Positions 8,150 to 17,900 of a stretch of DNA of 34,616 nt are shown here, piece by piece. The stretch's first letter is position 1, and every line of letters starts with the position of its first letter. The position numbers and the translations under genes are program-made. The notes beneath the pieces are model-generated. The model did no database searches and was not told the origin of the DNA. It was given only the letters and a program-made list of their open reading frames with translations. Location of the stretch: assembly GCA_046484315.1 (NCBI GenBank), contig JAWOJC010000168.1:1-34616 (forward strand). The letters run 5' to 3'. Source of the stretch: Smithellaceae bacterium (GTDB lineage Bacteria > Desulfobacterota > Syntrophia > Syntrophales > Smithellaceae).

Positions 8150-9832
8150 ATGGCCGATATCAGTCGGGTTTTATTTACCGCGAAAGAGGCGCTGCTTAGC
8201 AATCTGACAGCCATCAATGTTACGGGTTCCAACATTGCAAACGTCAATACGCCGGGTTACAGCCGTCTGCGTCCATTGTTCGAATCGGTCGGGACCAGGG
8301 ATGCCACGTCGGCCCAGGAACAAATCGGTGTGCGCATTGCCGATGTCGAAAGAATATACGACCGTTTTCTGGAATTCCAGATTGTTTCTCAGCAATCCTC
8401 CGTGGAGAATTACACGGCCCAGAAGGAGATGCTCCAGAGGATCGAAGGCATTTTAAACGAAAGCATTGACGGCGGTATTAATGACGCTTTGGCAAGGTTC
8501 CTCAATGCCTGGGGTGATCTCTCTGTCGATCCCTCGAGTCAGTCCAAAAGGGATATGGTTGTTTCCACGGCCGTGAATCTGTCTTACGGATTTAATCAGA
8601 GGGCCGACGAAATTATCAACATTCAAATGGCCGCCAACGAAACGGTTGCCGATACCGTGTCTGAACTCAACGAATATTTAAAACAAATGGCCTCATTCAA
8701 TGAAATTATCGTGAATGCGGAAAGCGCAGGGGGAAACGCGACGGCGGTCAGAGACCAACGTGGTGTATTGCTTGGGAAAATAAGTGCTTTGATCGACATC
8801 AGTTACATTGAGAAAACAGACGGGTCTTTGTATGTCTACCTTCCCACAAACGGAAAGGCCCTTGTCGAAAGCTTTAACAGTTGGGATTTGCAGGTCGCCA
8901 GAAATGAAGATGGCATGTATGATATCAATTTTAAAGGTGACACGACGAGCAGCGCGATCAACAGTCAGATTTCCGGCGGAAAATTGGCCGGTTTGCTTCA
9001 GGTACGTGACACGGCCATTCCGGCATACCTTCATGCACTGGATCAGGCTGCCTCCTCCATCGCTAATAAAGTCAACGAACTGCACACAAGCGGCTATGAT
9101 CAGAACGGCAATCCAGGCGGGTTATTTTTTGAGCCAACGGCGCAGGCGCGTTTTATGTCCGTGAGCGCCTCTATCCTCGGCAGCACCAGAAACATTGCTG
9201 CTTCGCAAACGGTGAATGCCGACGGCAATATTGCGGCTGCGATCACGGCGTTTAAAAATGACCAGATGTACGCGTCTATGGGCCCAGTTTCAACATCTGT
9301 GCCGGGAAACTCAGCATCCGGGCAAATCAACAATATCGGACAGACCTATAAAGATACGACCGGGGCAAACGGCATCGTTTTGACACGGGGAGCGACGCCC
9401 GATTCGTGGACCGTAACCGATAACGGCGGTTATGTCTCCGCAAAGGTGCTGTCATCGGCTGACGGAACCATTACCGTTGATTTGAACGGCAACAACACTG
9501 CGGATATAACCTTTACATTATCGGGAACATGGGGTAATGGGGACAATGTTTCATTTACTTTAGAAAAGAACCCAAATACAAACACCATCGACGGTTATTT
9601 TAACGCCTTTATCGCCAACATGGGACAAGACGTTGTCAACGCGTCGAGAGCGCTGGAGCGCGAGACGATCATTCTCAATCAGCAGACGAATCAGCGAGAG
9701 CAGCTCTCAGGCGTGTCGCTGGATGAGGAAATGCTCAATCTCATCAAATACCAGATGGCGTACGGCGCTGCGGGACGAATGACCCAGACCGTCTCGGAAA
9801 TGATGGATGTTATCATCAATCTGGGAAGATAG
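8150..9832 (+). CDS. flgK: Flagellar hook-associated protein FlgK
   Basis: 'NIANVNTPGYSR', 'SGGKLAGLL..RD', 'SGVSLDEEMLNLIKYQMAYGA'. Confidence 0.96.
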   Translation: MADISRVLFTAKEALLSNLTAINVTGSNIANVNTPGYSRLRPLFESVGTRDATSAQEQIGVRIADVERIYDRFLEFQIVSQQSSVENYTAQKEMLQRIEGILNESIDGGINDALARFLNAWGDLSVDPSSQSKRDMVVSTAVNLSYGFNQRADEIINIQMAANETVADTVSELNEYLKQMASFNEIIVNAESAGGNATAVRDQRGVLLGKISALIDISYIEKTDGSLYVYLPTNGKALVESFNSWDLQVARNEDGMYDINFKGDTTSSAINSQISGGKLAGLLQVRDTAIPAYLHALDQAASSIANKVNELHTSGYDQNGNPGGLFFEPTAQARFMSVSASILGSTRNIAASQTVNADGNIAAAITAFKNDQMYASMGPVSTSVPGNSASGQINNIGQTYKDTTGANGIVLTRGATPDSWTVTDNGGYVSAKVLSSADGTITVDLNGNNTADITFTLSGTWGNGDNVSFTLEKNPNTNTIDGYFNAFIANMGQDVVNASRALERETIILNQQTNQREQLSGVSLDEEMLNLIKYQMAYGAAGRMTQTVSEMMDVIINLGR

Positions 9833-9852
9833 TCTAAGTGAGGTAAAAGAAT

Positions 9853-11337
9853 ATGGTTAACAGGATTACTGAAAACATTAAATATACGATGATCACCACC
9901 AATCTGCTGACGGTATCCGGCAAGTACGGTGAACTGATGGAAAAACTATCCACTCAGAAAAACATTAACCGGCCGTCGGATGATCCGGTTGGGATGAACG
10001 ATATTCTGGATTTCCGGACCGCAAGAGCCGGTATCGCTCAATTTCAGACCAACATTACCGACGCGGAAAGCTGGCTGAAAATGACTGATACGAACCTTTC
10101 CGGCCTTTACAAAGTCATGGAAAATGCTAAAATCATTGCCATTACAGAAGCGGGCGCCGGCGGTTCGCCGGAAACAAGGCAAACATCCGCGGTTGCCGTT
10201 TCGGCTTTGATCGAGGAGGCGCTTACGCTGCTTAACGCAAAAAGCGGTGAAAATTACATATTTGGCGGATCTCAGACGGATCGTCCACCCTTTTCTGCCA
10301 CCTATCGTCCGCCAACCGTGACCGCAGCATCGGCATCGACGGAAAATACGTTCAACGGAACGGTTGTGTCGGGCGGCACCTTTACAGCGGCGGAAAACAA
10401 AACTTATGTTTTGCGTGTTCTGCAAGGTGGCGCTCTGGATGCGACCACCTATCAGGTTTCTTCCGATGGAGGAAAAACCTGGGGAGGAAGTCAGACAGAT
10501 CTTTCCGCTCCGGTCAATTTGGGCGACGGTGTGACTCTGACGTTGACGGCGGGAACCGCGGATCTTGCAGCCGGTGATCTTTTTACGGTCAACGGGAATA
10601 TCGCGGGCTATTATTCGGGAAACGAAGATTCGCTCAATGCCATGATCGGCAAAGACAACCGATTTGTTTATAACATTACCGGCGCTGAGCTGGCGACGGC
10701 CGCAAACGGTCCTGTGGCGCAGGCGGCCATCGATGCCGGCGCTGTTATGGCCGATAGTACCACCGTCGTTCTGACCAGGGGCGGAAGCGCCGGCAGTTGG
10801 GCGCTTTCAGGTCACGAAAATTATCCGGACATGGTCATTTCATCGCAAAGCGCCTCAACGGTCACGATTGACGCAGATAACGACGGTACGGATGATATCA
10901 CGATCAATCTATCCGGAGACTGGCATGCTGGCAACACGGTTACGTTTGATGTCACAGCCGGCGCGCCTCCTACGTCGGGAACTGTGGATGTTTCGGGGCC
11001 GGGCACAGTAGATCTCCTGGGATCCTTGTTTGCGTTGAAAGAAGCATTGGAAACGGACGATGAGGCGGCCATTAGCGCCCTGATTGATGATTTAAAGGTC
11101 GCACAGACACAAGTTTTGCAGGCGCAAACCCGTGGCGGCATGAAAATAAACTCCCTTCAGCTGACAAGCGGTAATCATGATGCAATAAATCTACAGATTA
11201 CAAACATGCTGGCCGATATAGAAAATGCCGATCTGACGAAACTGATCACAGAATTTCAAATGAAGCAGATTGCAATGCAGGCATCCTACAGTATGGCGTC
11301 GCAAATCGGGAAGATGACGATCATGGATTATCTATAA
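9853..11337 (+). CDS. flgL: Flagellar hook-associated protein FlgL
   Basis: 'LSTQKNINRPSDDPV', 'YIFGGSQTD..PF', flagellin-like C-terminus. Follows flgK. Confidence 0.95.
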   Translation: MVNRITENIKYTMITTNLLTVSGKYGELMEKLSTQKNINRPSDDPVGMNDILDFRTARAGIAQFQTNITDAESWLKMTDTNLSGLYKVMENAKIIAITEAGAGGSPETRQTSAVAVSALIEEALTLLNAKSGENYIFGGSQTDRPPFSATYRPPTVTAASASTENTFNGTVVSGGTFTAAENKTYVLRVLQGGALDATTYQVSSDGGKTWGGSQTDLSAPVNLGDGVTLTLTAGTADLAAGDLFTVNGNIAGYYSGNEDSLNAMIGKDNRFVYNITGAELATAANGPVAQAAIDAGAVMADSTTVVLTRGGSAGSWALSGHENYPDMVISSQSASTVTIDADNDGTDDITINLSGDWHAGNTVTFDVTAGAPPTSGTVDVSGPGTVDLLGSLFALKEALETDDEAAISALIDDLKVAQTQVLQAQTRGGMKINSLQLTSGNHDAINLQITNMLADIENADLTKLITEFQMKQIAMQASYSMASQIGKMTIMDYL

Positions 11338-11359
11338 AATAATGAACGTATGGTGAAAA

Positions 11360-11536
11360 ATGCTTATTTTGACGAGAAAACAGGGTGAATCCATTACTAT
11401 CGGGGAAGATGTGAAAATTACAATACTTGATGTCAAAGGCAAATATGTCCGGGTCGGCGTCGAAGCGCCAAAGAGTTTGGCCGTTCACCGGTTGGAAATA
11501 TCGCCTGTTGCACAAAAAGAAGCAGCCGAAAAATGA
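11360..11536 (+). CDS. csrA: Carbon storage regulator CsrA (58 aa, absent from the ORF track)
   Basis: Hand translation: [58 protein letters not shown]. Has the canonical MLILTRK..E.I.IG and G..AP..V.R motifs and the usual position after flgL. Confidence 0.93.
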   Translation: MLILTRKQGESITIGEDVKITILDVKGKYVRVGVEAPKSLAVHRLEISPVAQKEAAEK

Positions 11537-11581
11537 AGTTCATAAATATCAACAACATACATTGCTAGATCAAATCAGACC

Positions 11582-11608
11582 TAAAGTTTTACATTGTCCT
11601 GCCGAATA
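11582..11608 (+). promoter_or_regulatory. Sigma28 (FliA) promoter
   Basis: TAAAGTTT-N11-GCCGAATA, close to consensus TAAAGTTT-N11-GCCGATAA, about 30 nt before the 11640 ORF. Confidence 0.8.
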
Positions 11609-11639
11609 AGTAAGTGAAAGAGTTTATTCGGAGGATGAA

Positions 11640-11855
11640 ATGGCCATTACCCCCTATCACTTGGATAGTGTGATCAATGCCTACACCCGTCAGAACAAGG
11701 TGAAGGTGGTGCCGGCTATTCAATCCCCGGAAGGTCTGGAAAAAAAATTTAAGGATGTTGTTTCTCTGTCCGAAAAGGAGGATGGCAAATCCGAAGAATT
11801 GGATAAAATCAGCTATTCACTCCGCGACGTTATTCTCAAGAGCAGGGATATCTGA
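11640..11855 (+). CDS. Small DVU0524-like FlgM-associated protein
   Basis: 'MAITPYHLDSVINAYTRQ' N-terminus and 'DVVSLSE' motif. GGAGG RBS and sigma28 promoter. Family assignment is from recall. Confidence 0.65.
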   Translation: MAITPYHLDSVINAYTRQNKVKVVPAIQSPEGLEKKFKDVVSLSEKEDGKSEELDKISYSLRDVILKSRDI

Positions 11856-11926
11856 TATCTGACGATTTGTATCCCTCGCAAATCCGGAATTACTTTCTTT
11901 TTTTATCTCAGCCATAGGCTCCTTGA

Positions 11927-13411
11927 ATGACAAAAAAAGAACAATCGGTAAAAAAGAAGAAAACCCTCAAGAAAATTCTGGTTGTCGATGATTATCTGCC
12001 CACGCGTAAACTGATTGTCGATACCTTAGGCCAGTCCCCCGGTTACTTAATCAATGAAGCGGAAAACGGTCAGCAGGCGCTGCATCTGTTTGATGATAAC
12101 GATTACGATCTGGTGATCAGCGACATCATGATGCCGGGGATGAGCGGGATGGATCTGCTCCACCTCATTCGTGAAAAAAATCCCAATGCCGCCGTGATCA
12201 TGGTGACTGGCAATCCGACGACGGATCTTACCGTCAGCGCCATCAAAAAAGGCGCTGTGGATTTTCTGACCAAGCCTTTTGATATCGACGAACTTCTTTA
12301 TAAGGTGGATATTCATCTGCGCGAGAAAGAAATGCTCGCAGGTGAGAGTCTCTGGCAGGTTTTAGAACAAAGCCGTCTCCGGGATAAAACCCTCGAACTT
12401 TCCAAGCAAGGCTACATCTACGATTCCATCGAAGATTCCCCCTTGGACAACGATTTGATCTTCCATAAAATCACTGAGCTGGCCCTCAAGCTCGTCGATG
12501 GCGAAGTTTGTTCGATCCTGCTTTTTGATGAGCAGGATCGTGAATTTCATGAGAAGGTGGTGAAGGGAAATACGGAAGGCGTCTTGAATAACTATACCCG
12601 GTCTCCATCACTCAGGTTGGTTTATAATGAGGTGATTGAGCGCAAAGAGGCTGTCTTGATTAATTCCAATGATCATCCGGAAGTCGCCCCGTCACTCATT
12701 TGCGCCCCGCTGATGATTCGCAACAATATTTTGGGAATCCTGAGCATTCGTAAGAAAAAGAATCGTGAAGTGTTCAATAAAAAAGACCTGCACCATATTC
12801 TTAGCCTGACCAAGCGTGCCTCCCTGAATCTGGAGAATAAAATCCTCTACGAAAGTATCTACAGCAATGTGCTCGATACGCTTAAATCCTTGATATCATC
12901 CATTCAGGCCCGCGACCATTATACCGAAGAGCATTCTCAGCGGGTAACTAAAGAGGCCATCCGGATCGCCTTGAGCATGAATTGTTCGCCAAATGATATT
13001 GAAAGCCTCAAAATTGCGGGTGTTCTCCATGATATCGGCAAGATTGCCGTACCCGACAGTATTTTACTCAAAGCCGGAAAGCTGACCGATGAGGAATATC
13101 TGATCATTAAAAATCATCCGACCATCGGTGAAAATATCGTTAAACCGATTATTCTTCTGGATAAAGAAAGACGGATCATCCAGAGTCATCATGAGCGATG
13201 GGACGGGAGCGGTTATCCCATGGGACTCAAGGGAGAGGACATCCCTTTGCTCGCTCGTATTTTGTCCGTGGCGGACGCCTATGACGCAATGACCAACAAT
13301 CGGCCTTACCGTCCCGAAATGCCCCGGGAAAAGGCCGTTGAAGAACTCATTCAAAATGTTAATATTCAGTTCGACCCGGATGTGGTCAATGCTTACCTTA
13401 AAATCCTGTAA
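11927..13411 (+). CDS. Response regulator REC-GAF-HD-GYP, probable c-di-GMP phosphodiesterase
   Basis: REC (VVDD, ISDIMMPG, KPF), GAF (CSILL...ICAPL...ILGILSI), HD-GYP (HDIGK, HHERWDGSGYP, VADAYDAM..RPYR). Confidence 0.92.
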   Translation: MTKKEQSVKKKKTLKKILVVDDYLPTRKLIVDTLGQSPGYLINEAENGQQALHLFDDNDYDLVISDIMMPGMSGMDLLHLIREKNPNAAVIMVTGNPTTDLTVSAIKKGAVDFLTKPFDIDELLYKVDIHLREKEMLAGESLWQVLEQSRLRDKTLELSKQGYIYDSIEDSPLDNDLIFHKITELALKLVDGEVCSILLFDEQDREFHEKVVKGNTEGVLNNYTRSPSLRLVYNEVIERKEAVLINSNDHPEVAPSLICAPLMIRNNILGILSIRKKKNREVFNKKDLHHILSLTKRASLNLENKILYESIYSNVLDTLKSLISSIQARDHYTEEHSQRVTKEAIRIALSMNCSPNDIESLKIAGVLHDIGKIAVPDSILLKAGKLTDEEYLIIKNHPTIGENIVKPIILLDKERRIIQSHHERWDGSGYPMGLKGEDIPLLARILSVADAYDAMTNNRPYRPEMPREKAVEELIQNVNIQFDPDVVNAYLKIL

Positions 13412-13430
13412 TGCTTCAATGACTTAAAAT

Positions 13431-13446
13431 TGGCATGGAAATTGTA
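13431..13446 (+). promoter_or_regulatory. Probable sigma54 promoter of the transglycosylase gene
   Basis: TGGCAT-GGAAA-TTGTA (correct spacing, -12 GT instead of GC), preceded by an IHF-like TTCAA-TGAC-TTA. Confidence 0.55.
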
Positions 13447-13501
13447 AAACTGTTGTTACAGGAGAGGGTACAGAATTATTCTGTCTTTGAGGGGGTGTAT
13501 C

Positions 13502-14233
13502 ATGTTGACAATTGATAAATATGCGGTATTGGCTAATCAAAGTCCGCAAACAGGTGCCACTTCGGGAAAGGCCGGGGACGTTCAATTTCAAGCCACCCTG
13601 CTTGGTTTATTGCAAAAGACGCAATCCCCCGAAGATGCAGGCAGGGCGGGTGTAGCACCGGATAAAGAAAGACTGATGCTCTTGTCTAAAGCGTTGCAGA
13701 TTCAGATGAACCGGCAGTTGCTCAACAGTGTCCTTGGAGACGCACTGGAGGTAAACGCACTGGCGTCGCAGCTGCTTTCGGATATGAAGATGCCCGTCGC
13801 AGCGTCAAATAACGAACACCATCCGTCAACGACCGGAAAATTAGCGCCAGATTCAGCAATAGAGAATGTGATCGCCAAAGCTTCGAGCATCTATGGTCTG
13901 GATCCGGATTTGATCCGTTCTGTCATAAGGGTTGAAAGTGATTTTAATCCCGGGGCGACCTCTCCAAAGGGGGCAATGGGTTTAATGCAGCTTATGCCGG
14001 ATACGGCGCGTGAACTGGGTGTCCGAAGTCCCTACGATCCCGAAGAAAACGTTATGGGGGGCGCACGCTACCTCAAGTCGCTCCTGGATCGTTACGATGG
14101 GCAGGTCGATATGGCATTGGCAGCTTACAACTGGGGCATGGGGAACCTGGAAAGAAACCCGGACCGGCTTCCGTTTGAAACAGCGGGCTACATCGACAGG
14201 GTGAGCCGATTGTACCGCGAAGCGAAGTCATAG
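13502..14233 (+). CDS. Lytic transglycosylase (SLT domain)
   Basis: 'VIRVESDFNPGATSPKGAMGLMQLMP' and 'ALAAYNWG'. Start ATG 13502 after GAGGGG. No evident Sec signal. Confidence 0.9.
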   Translation: MLTIDKYAVLANQSPQTGATSGKAGDVQFQATLLGLLQKTQSPEDAGRAGVAPDKERLMLLSKALQIQMNRQLLNSVLGDALEVNALASQLLSDMKMPVAASNNEHHPSTTGKLAPDSAIENVIAKASSIYGLDPDLIRSVIRVESDFNPGATSPKGAMGLMQLMPDTARELGVRSPYDPEENVMGGARYLKSLLDRYDGQVDMALAAYNWGMGNLERNPDRLPFETAGYIDRVSRLYREAKS

Positions 14234-14244
14234 CATTCAGGCAA

Positions 14245-14286
14245 AAGAAAGGCGCATGTCAGAATAAATCGACATGCGCCTTTCTT
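14245..14286. terminator. Bidirectional intrinsic terminator
   Basis: 16-bp perfect inverted repeat AAGAAAGGCGCATGTC / GACATGCGCCTTTCTT between convergent genes. Confidence 0.88.
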
Positions 14287-14314
14287 GCATAAAACGAACT
14301 ATAAAGGGGAGGGG

Positions 14315-14674
14315 TTATTCTTTAGAGCCCGTGAATTCACCCGAACCCTGGCCGCCGAAATCCACCGTGCCGGTTACTTTATTGCCGTTCAATTTGCCCT
14401 TGTAAACAACTTCTGTGCCGCCCAGGCTGTAATTGATCTGAAAATCGTTCCCTTTGACAGTGCCTGTGCAGGGGGCTTCTCCCCATCGGCCTTTGTAGGT
14501 GCCTGTTAATGTATCTTTGTCCTGCTTCAGAACGAATACGGGATTTCCCGAACCGCCTGCAGATTTGACTTCCAGATTCCATGTGCCGGTCATGTCCGCG
14601 GCAAAAGCAAATGTTGCGCCGAACGCCAGGGTCATTGCCACCACACACAACAAAAACAGATGAAGCTTTTTCAT
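14315..14674 (-). CDS. Small secreted beta-rich protein of unknown function
   Basis: Signal peptide ending AFA-A, then 'DMTGTWNLEV...LKQDKDTLTGTYKG'. GGAGGG RBS before ATG 14674. Confidence 0.8.
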   Translation of the reverse strand: MKKLHLFLLCVVAMTLAFGATFAFAADMTGTWNLEVKSAGGSGNPVFVLKQDKDTLTGTYKGRWGEAPCTGTVKGNDFQINYSLGGTEVVYKGKLNGNKVTGTVDFGGQGSGEFTGSKE

Positions 14675-14907
14675 ACAACCCTCCTTTTGCAATAGAAATT
14701 ATTTGTTGTTTTTTCAAAACCCATGAAACCGTACAATGTGTCATCTCAATAGCATAACCGCTATGAACTGGCAAGCTCCGGATGCAAAAAAAACCAGGAA
14801 TGCAGAATGAAAATCATTACATGTGTCTTATGGCACATCCTTGTGCAACATTCTGTGCCGTTTGATCGATTCTCTTTTCCAACTTTGTAAAGGTTTGTCG
14901 TGCATGA

Positions 14908-17900
14908 TCAGGTCGATGACGGTTGCATCCGCTGGAGATCTTTTGCCTGGCCGCGCGGAAATCGAATATAGGGGCTGATCCTGGAGTTGATGTTTTTGCC
15001 CGTGCCGTCGTAATTGAGAGTAACAACCGGAACACCGGTGTATTCTTCAATGCGCGCCGCCATGGCTTCAGTGACAAGGCCCGCGCAGCAGAAGGCGGGA
15101 TTGGTCTGCACGAAAAGAGATATGTCGGGATAATGATTTTTTTGCGCGGTGATCTTGAGAAGATTGTCGGCTGATTCACCGAAGTGTTGCAAGGTGAGAT
15201 GGAAGTGATCATAAACAGCCTTGTAGTCGATGTTGCTTTCCAGCACGGGTTCCCGGAGCAGATCATTGAAAATTTTATAGTAGCTTTTCTCCAATTGGTT
15301 GACGAGTGCGATCACGGTTTTTGCAAAAATAACATCCATGAATTCACCTTCGAGAAACCAGCGTCGCATGTAAGGGCCGGCGATGAGTTTGGCGAATTCA
15401 TTAAAAGGCGTGGTGATGACTTCACCGCCGTACGCTTCAATGCAGTGAATCAGATCCTGATTGAAAACGTCGTTATCACGCGCGTACATATCTCCAAAAA
15501 TAGCTACCTTCGGGCGGCGACCGGGAACGGTCTCAATCCTATTGAACAGATTGATCACGCGGGTCAGGTCGTCATCCTTGCTTCGGCCGCCCAGAAACGT
15601 GTTGTATAAAATGTTGATGGATTGAGCGATGACTTTGTCTGTGAGGCCCTTTTCTTTTTCATAGGGACGTATCCGACATCCGATTTTGCGCAGCATGCCG
15701 CCGAACATATGGGCGAAGTAGGCTTCGATGGAAGCCTGCATGGAAATGTCGGACAAGGTGAGTTTCCCGACATACATTTCCACTTTTTCCATTCCATTGC
15801 CTGCGGCTTCCATAATGCCTTTGATCAGCTGCGGATACAGGCGAATGTTGCAGGCGATATGGCTGTCGAAGGACCATCCGATCGTCTGAGCGGGATCCAG
15901 CAGATTCTCCTCGATGTAATCCATATAGCTTTGCGCAATCAGGTTTACCGGAAGACATTGACCGGTGTTGGTGCGCAAGCCGCGCTGAATCATTTTTTCT
16001 GTGAGCGGCACCATGCGTGTGTCAATACCTTCCTTGATAAAGACCGCTTCCAGCAGTTTGGAACTGATCGGGTCAAAGCAGGGAAACAAAAGCGTTTTAC
16101 CTTTAATTTTATCGCTGCTTTCAGAATTGAGCGGCAGAACACGGGAGGTGACCAGACGAAGATTCTTGTTTTGATGATGGTTGTTAAAAGACCGGATCGC
16201 CGCCTCAATGCGTGTTTCATAACCGACGTTGGAGTCATGCTCATCGAGTTCCAGGATCAGATAGGGTTTGCCGTACCGGTCCATGATCCGTTTGAAATAA
16301 TCCAGCGTGAAAGAATCGGGACTGCATTTAAACGACGTGACATACACGGGGTAAAGTCCGGGTGTGCGCGCGATATGAAGGGCGGCTTTGAGAATTCGTG
16401 CGGCATAATTCCAGTGCATGCGCTTCAGCAGGGGCGCGATTTCGGACAGATCCTCCGTATCTGATGGCAGCATGTCCTGATAAAACGTTTTAACGGAAAG
16501 TGCGCTGAAGATGTCCGGGATGCCTTTATTCATCGACCTTTGCATGATGGCGTAGGGTCGGCCCAGCAGCGCCACGCTGATCTCGCCTGTTGCGGGTCTT
16601 TCTCTTGCGTAGACGTTTTGCAGATTGGCGCACCCTTCATTGAAAAAGGCCAGGGCCGCTTCGTATGCGTTGTATATTTCCCAGTAGCCCGTGTTCAGAA
16701 TCGACTTCAGGATGGAAAACAGTTCAATGCGCGACTGGAAAGAGGCATGGTCGATCACGGGCATGATGGTTTTATTTCTGGTCCGAAGGGTTTTAATGCC
16801 AGCCGCCAGCGTGGACGCAAACTGAGTATAATAGCAGTAGAAGCGGAAAACGTCATCCTTTTGCCTGGACGCTTCCAGATAAATCGGCAGAAAAATATAA
16901 TCGCACTTGTCCGTCAGGTACTGCACGTGACCAAAAAAGGCGTTCATCGGGGCGCAGAATTCTGCGCCGGCAAGTTTTTTGCCGGCTTTGATCGCGTTTT
17001 TCATGCCCTCCGATGTAACGGTTTCCACCCCGAGTGTGGCGAAAAAATGTTTCCAAAGCGGCATCTCTTCGGCCAGATACAGTGCGTTGGGAATGCCGAT
17101 CTTCACACTTTTTTTATAAGATGCGGGTTTTTTCGGCAAAGGAAAAACCAGGCTTCTTTCCTTGATCAGGTCGTATTGCTTCTTCGTTTTGCCGACGTAA
17201 TGTTTGGTGTCATAGTCGCGCCCGCAAAGAAAGCCGAAAGCCACTGTTTCGCCCTGGACAGTCACTTTGTTGATTTTGCAGTTGTTGTGACACAATTCGC
17301 ATACTTCATTTTCGACGGGGATATTTTCGTGATAAAGCGAAAGGCCCCGAAACGAAGAATCTCTGACGTTGGTTTCCGCCAGGATCAGGGCGCTGCCCAG
17401 CGCACCGGTTAAATGACAGAATTTGGAGACAAAGACAGGTTTTTTTAAACGATGTTCAAAAGCGGCCACCAGCGCCTGATTGCGGGCTGTCGCGCCCTGG
17501 AAGCAGACGCTCTGACCGATATTGGCTTCCACCGCAACCTTGGCCAGATAATTCTCACAGACGGAATGCAACACGCTGGCCAGCACTTCATTGACCGTGT
17601 AGCCTTCTGTCAGATAGTTGTTGATGTCGCGTTCCATAAACACGGTGCAGCGGTCGCTGGAAACAGGCGCAGGCGTATACAAGGCCCGTCCGGCATACTC
17701 GGCGAGCGTTATGCCGAGTTTAACGGCCTGTTCCTCGATAAAGCTGCCCGTGCCGGCTGCGCAGACATTGTTCATTACGGAAGAGGTGACCATGCCGTTT
17801 TTCATCGTGGTGAATTTGGCGTCCTGGCCGCCAATCTCGATGATGGTGTCTGCTTCATGATTAAGTTCATAAGCGGCGCGCGCGTGTGCGGTGATCTCGT

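Noticed and set aside
11427-11609. 60-aa ORF from the track
   Set aside because: Out-of-frame overlap with csrA (11360-11536) and with the sigma28 promoter.
14831-14847. TGGCAC...TGC as a sigma54 promoter
   Set aside because: GG-to-GC spacing is 11 rather than the required 10, and it points into the 3' end of an opposite-strand gene.
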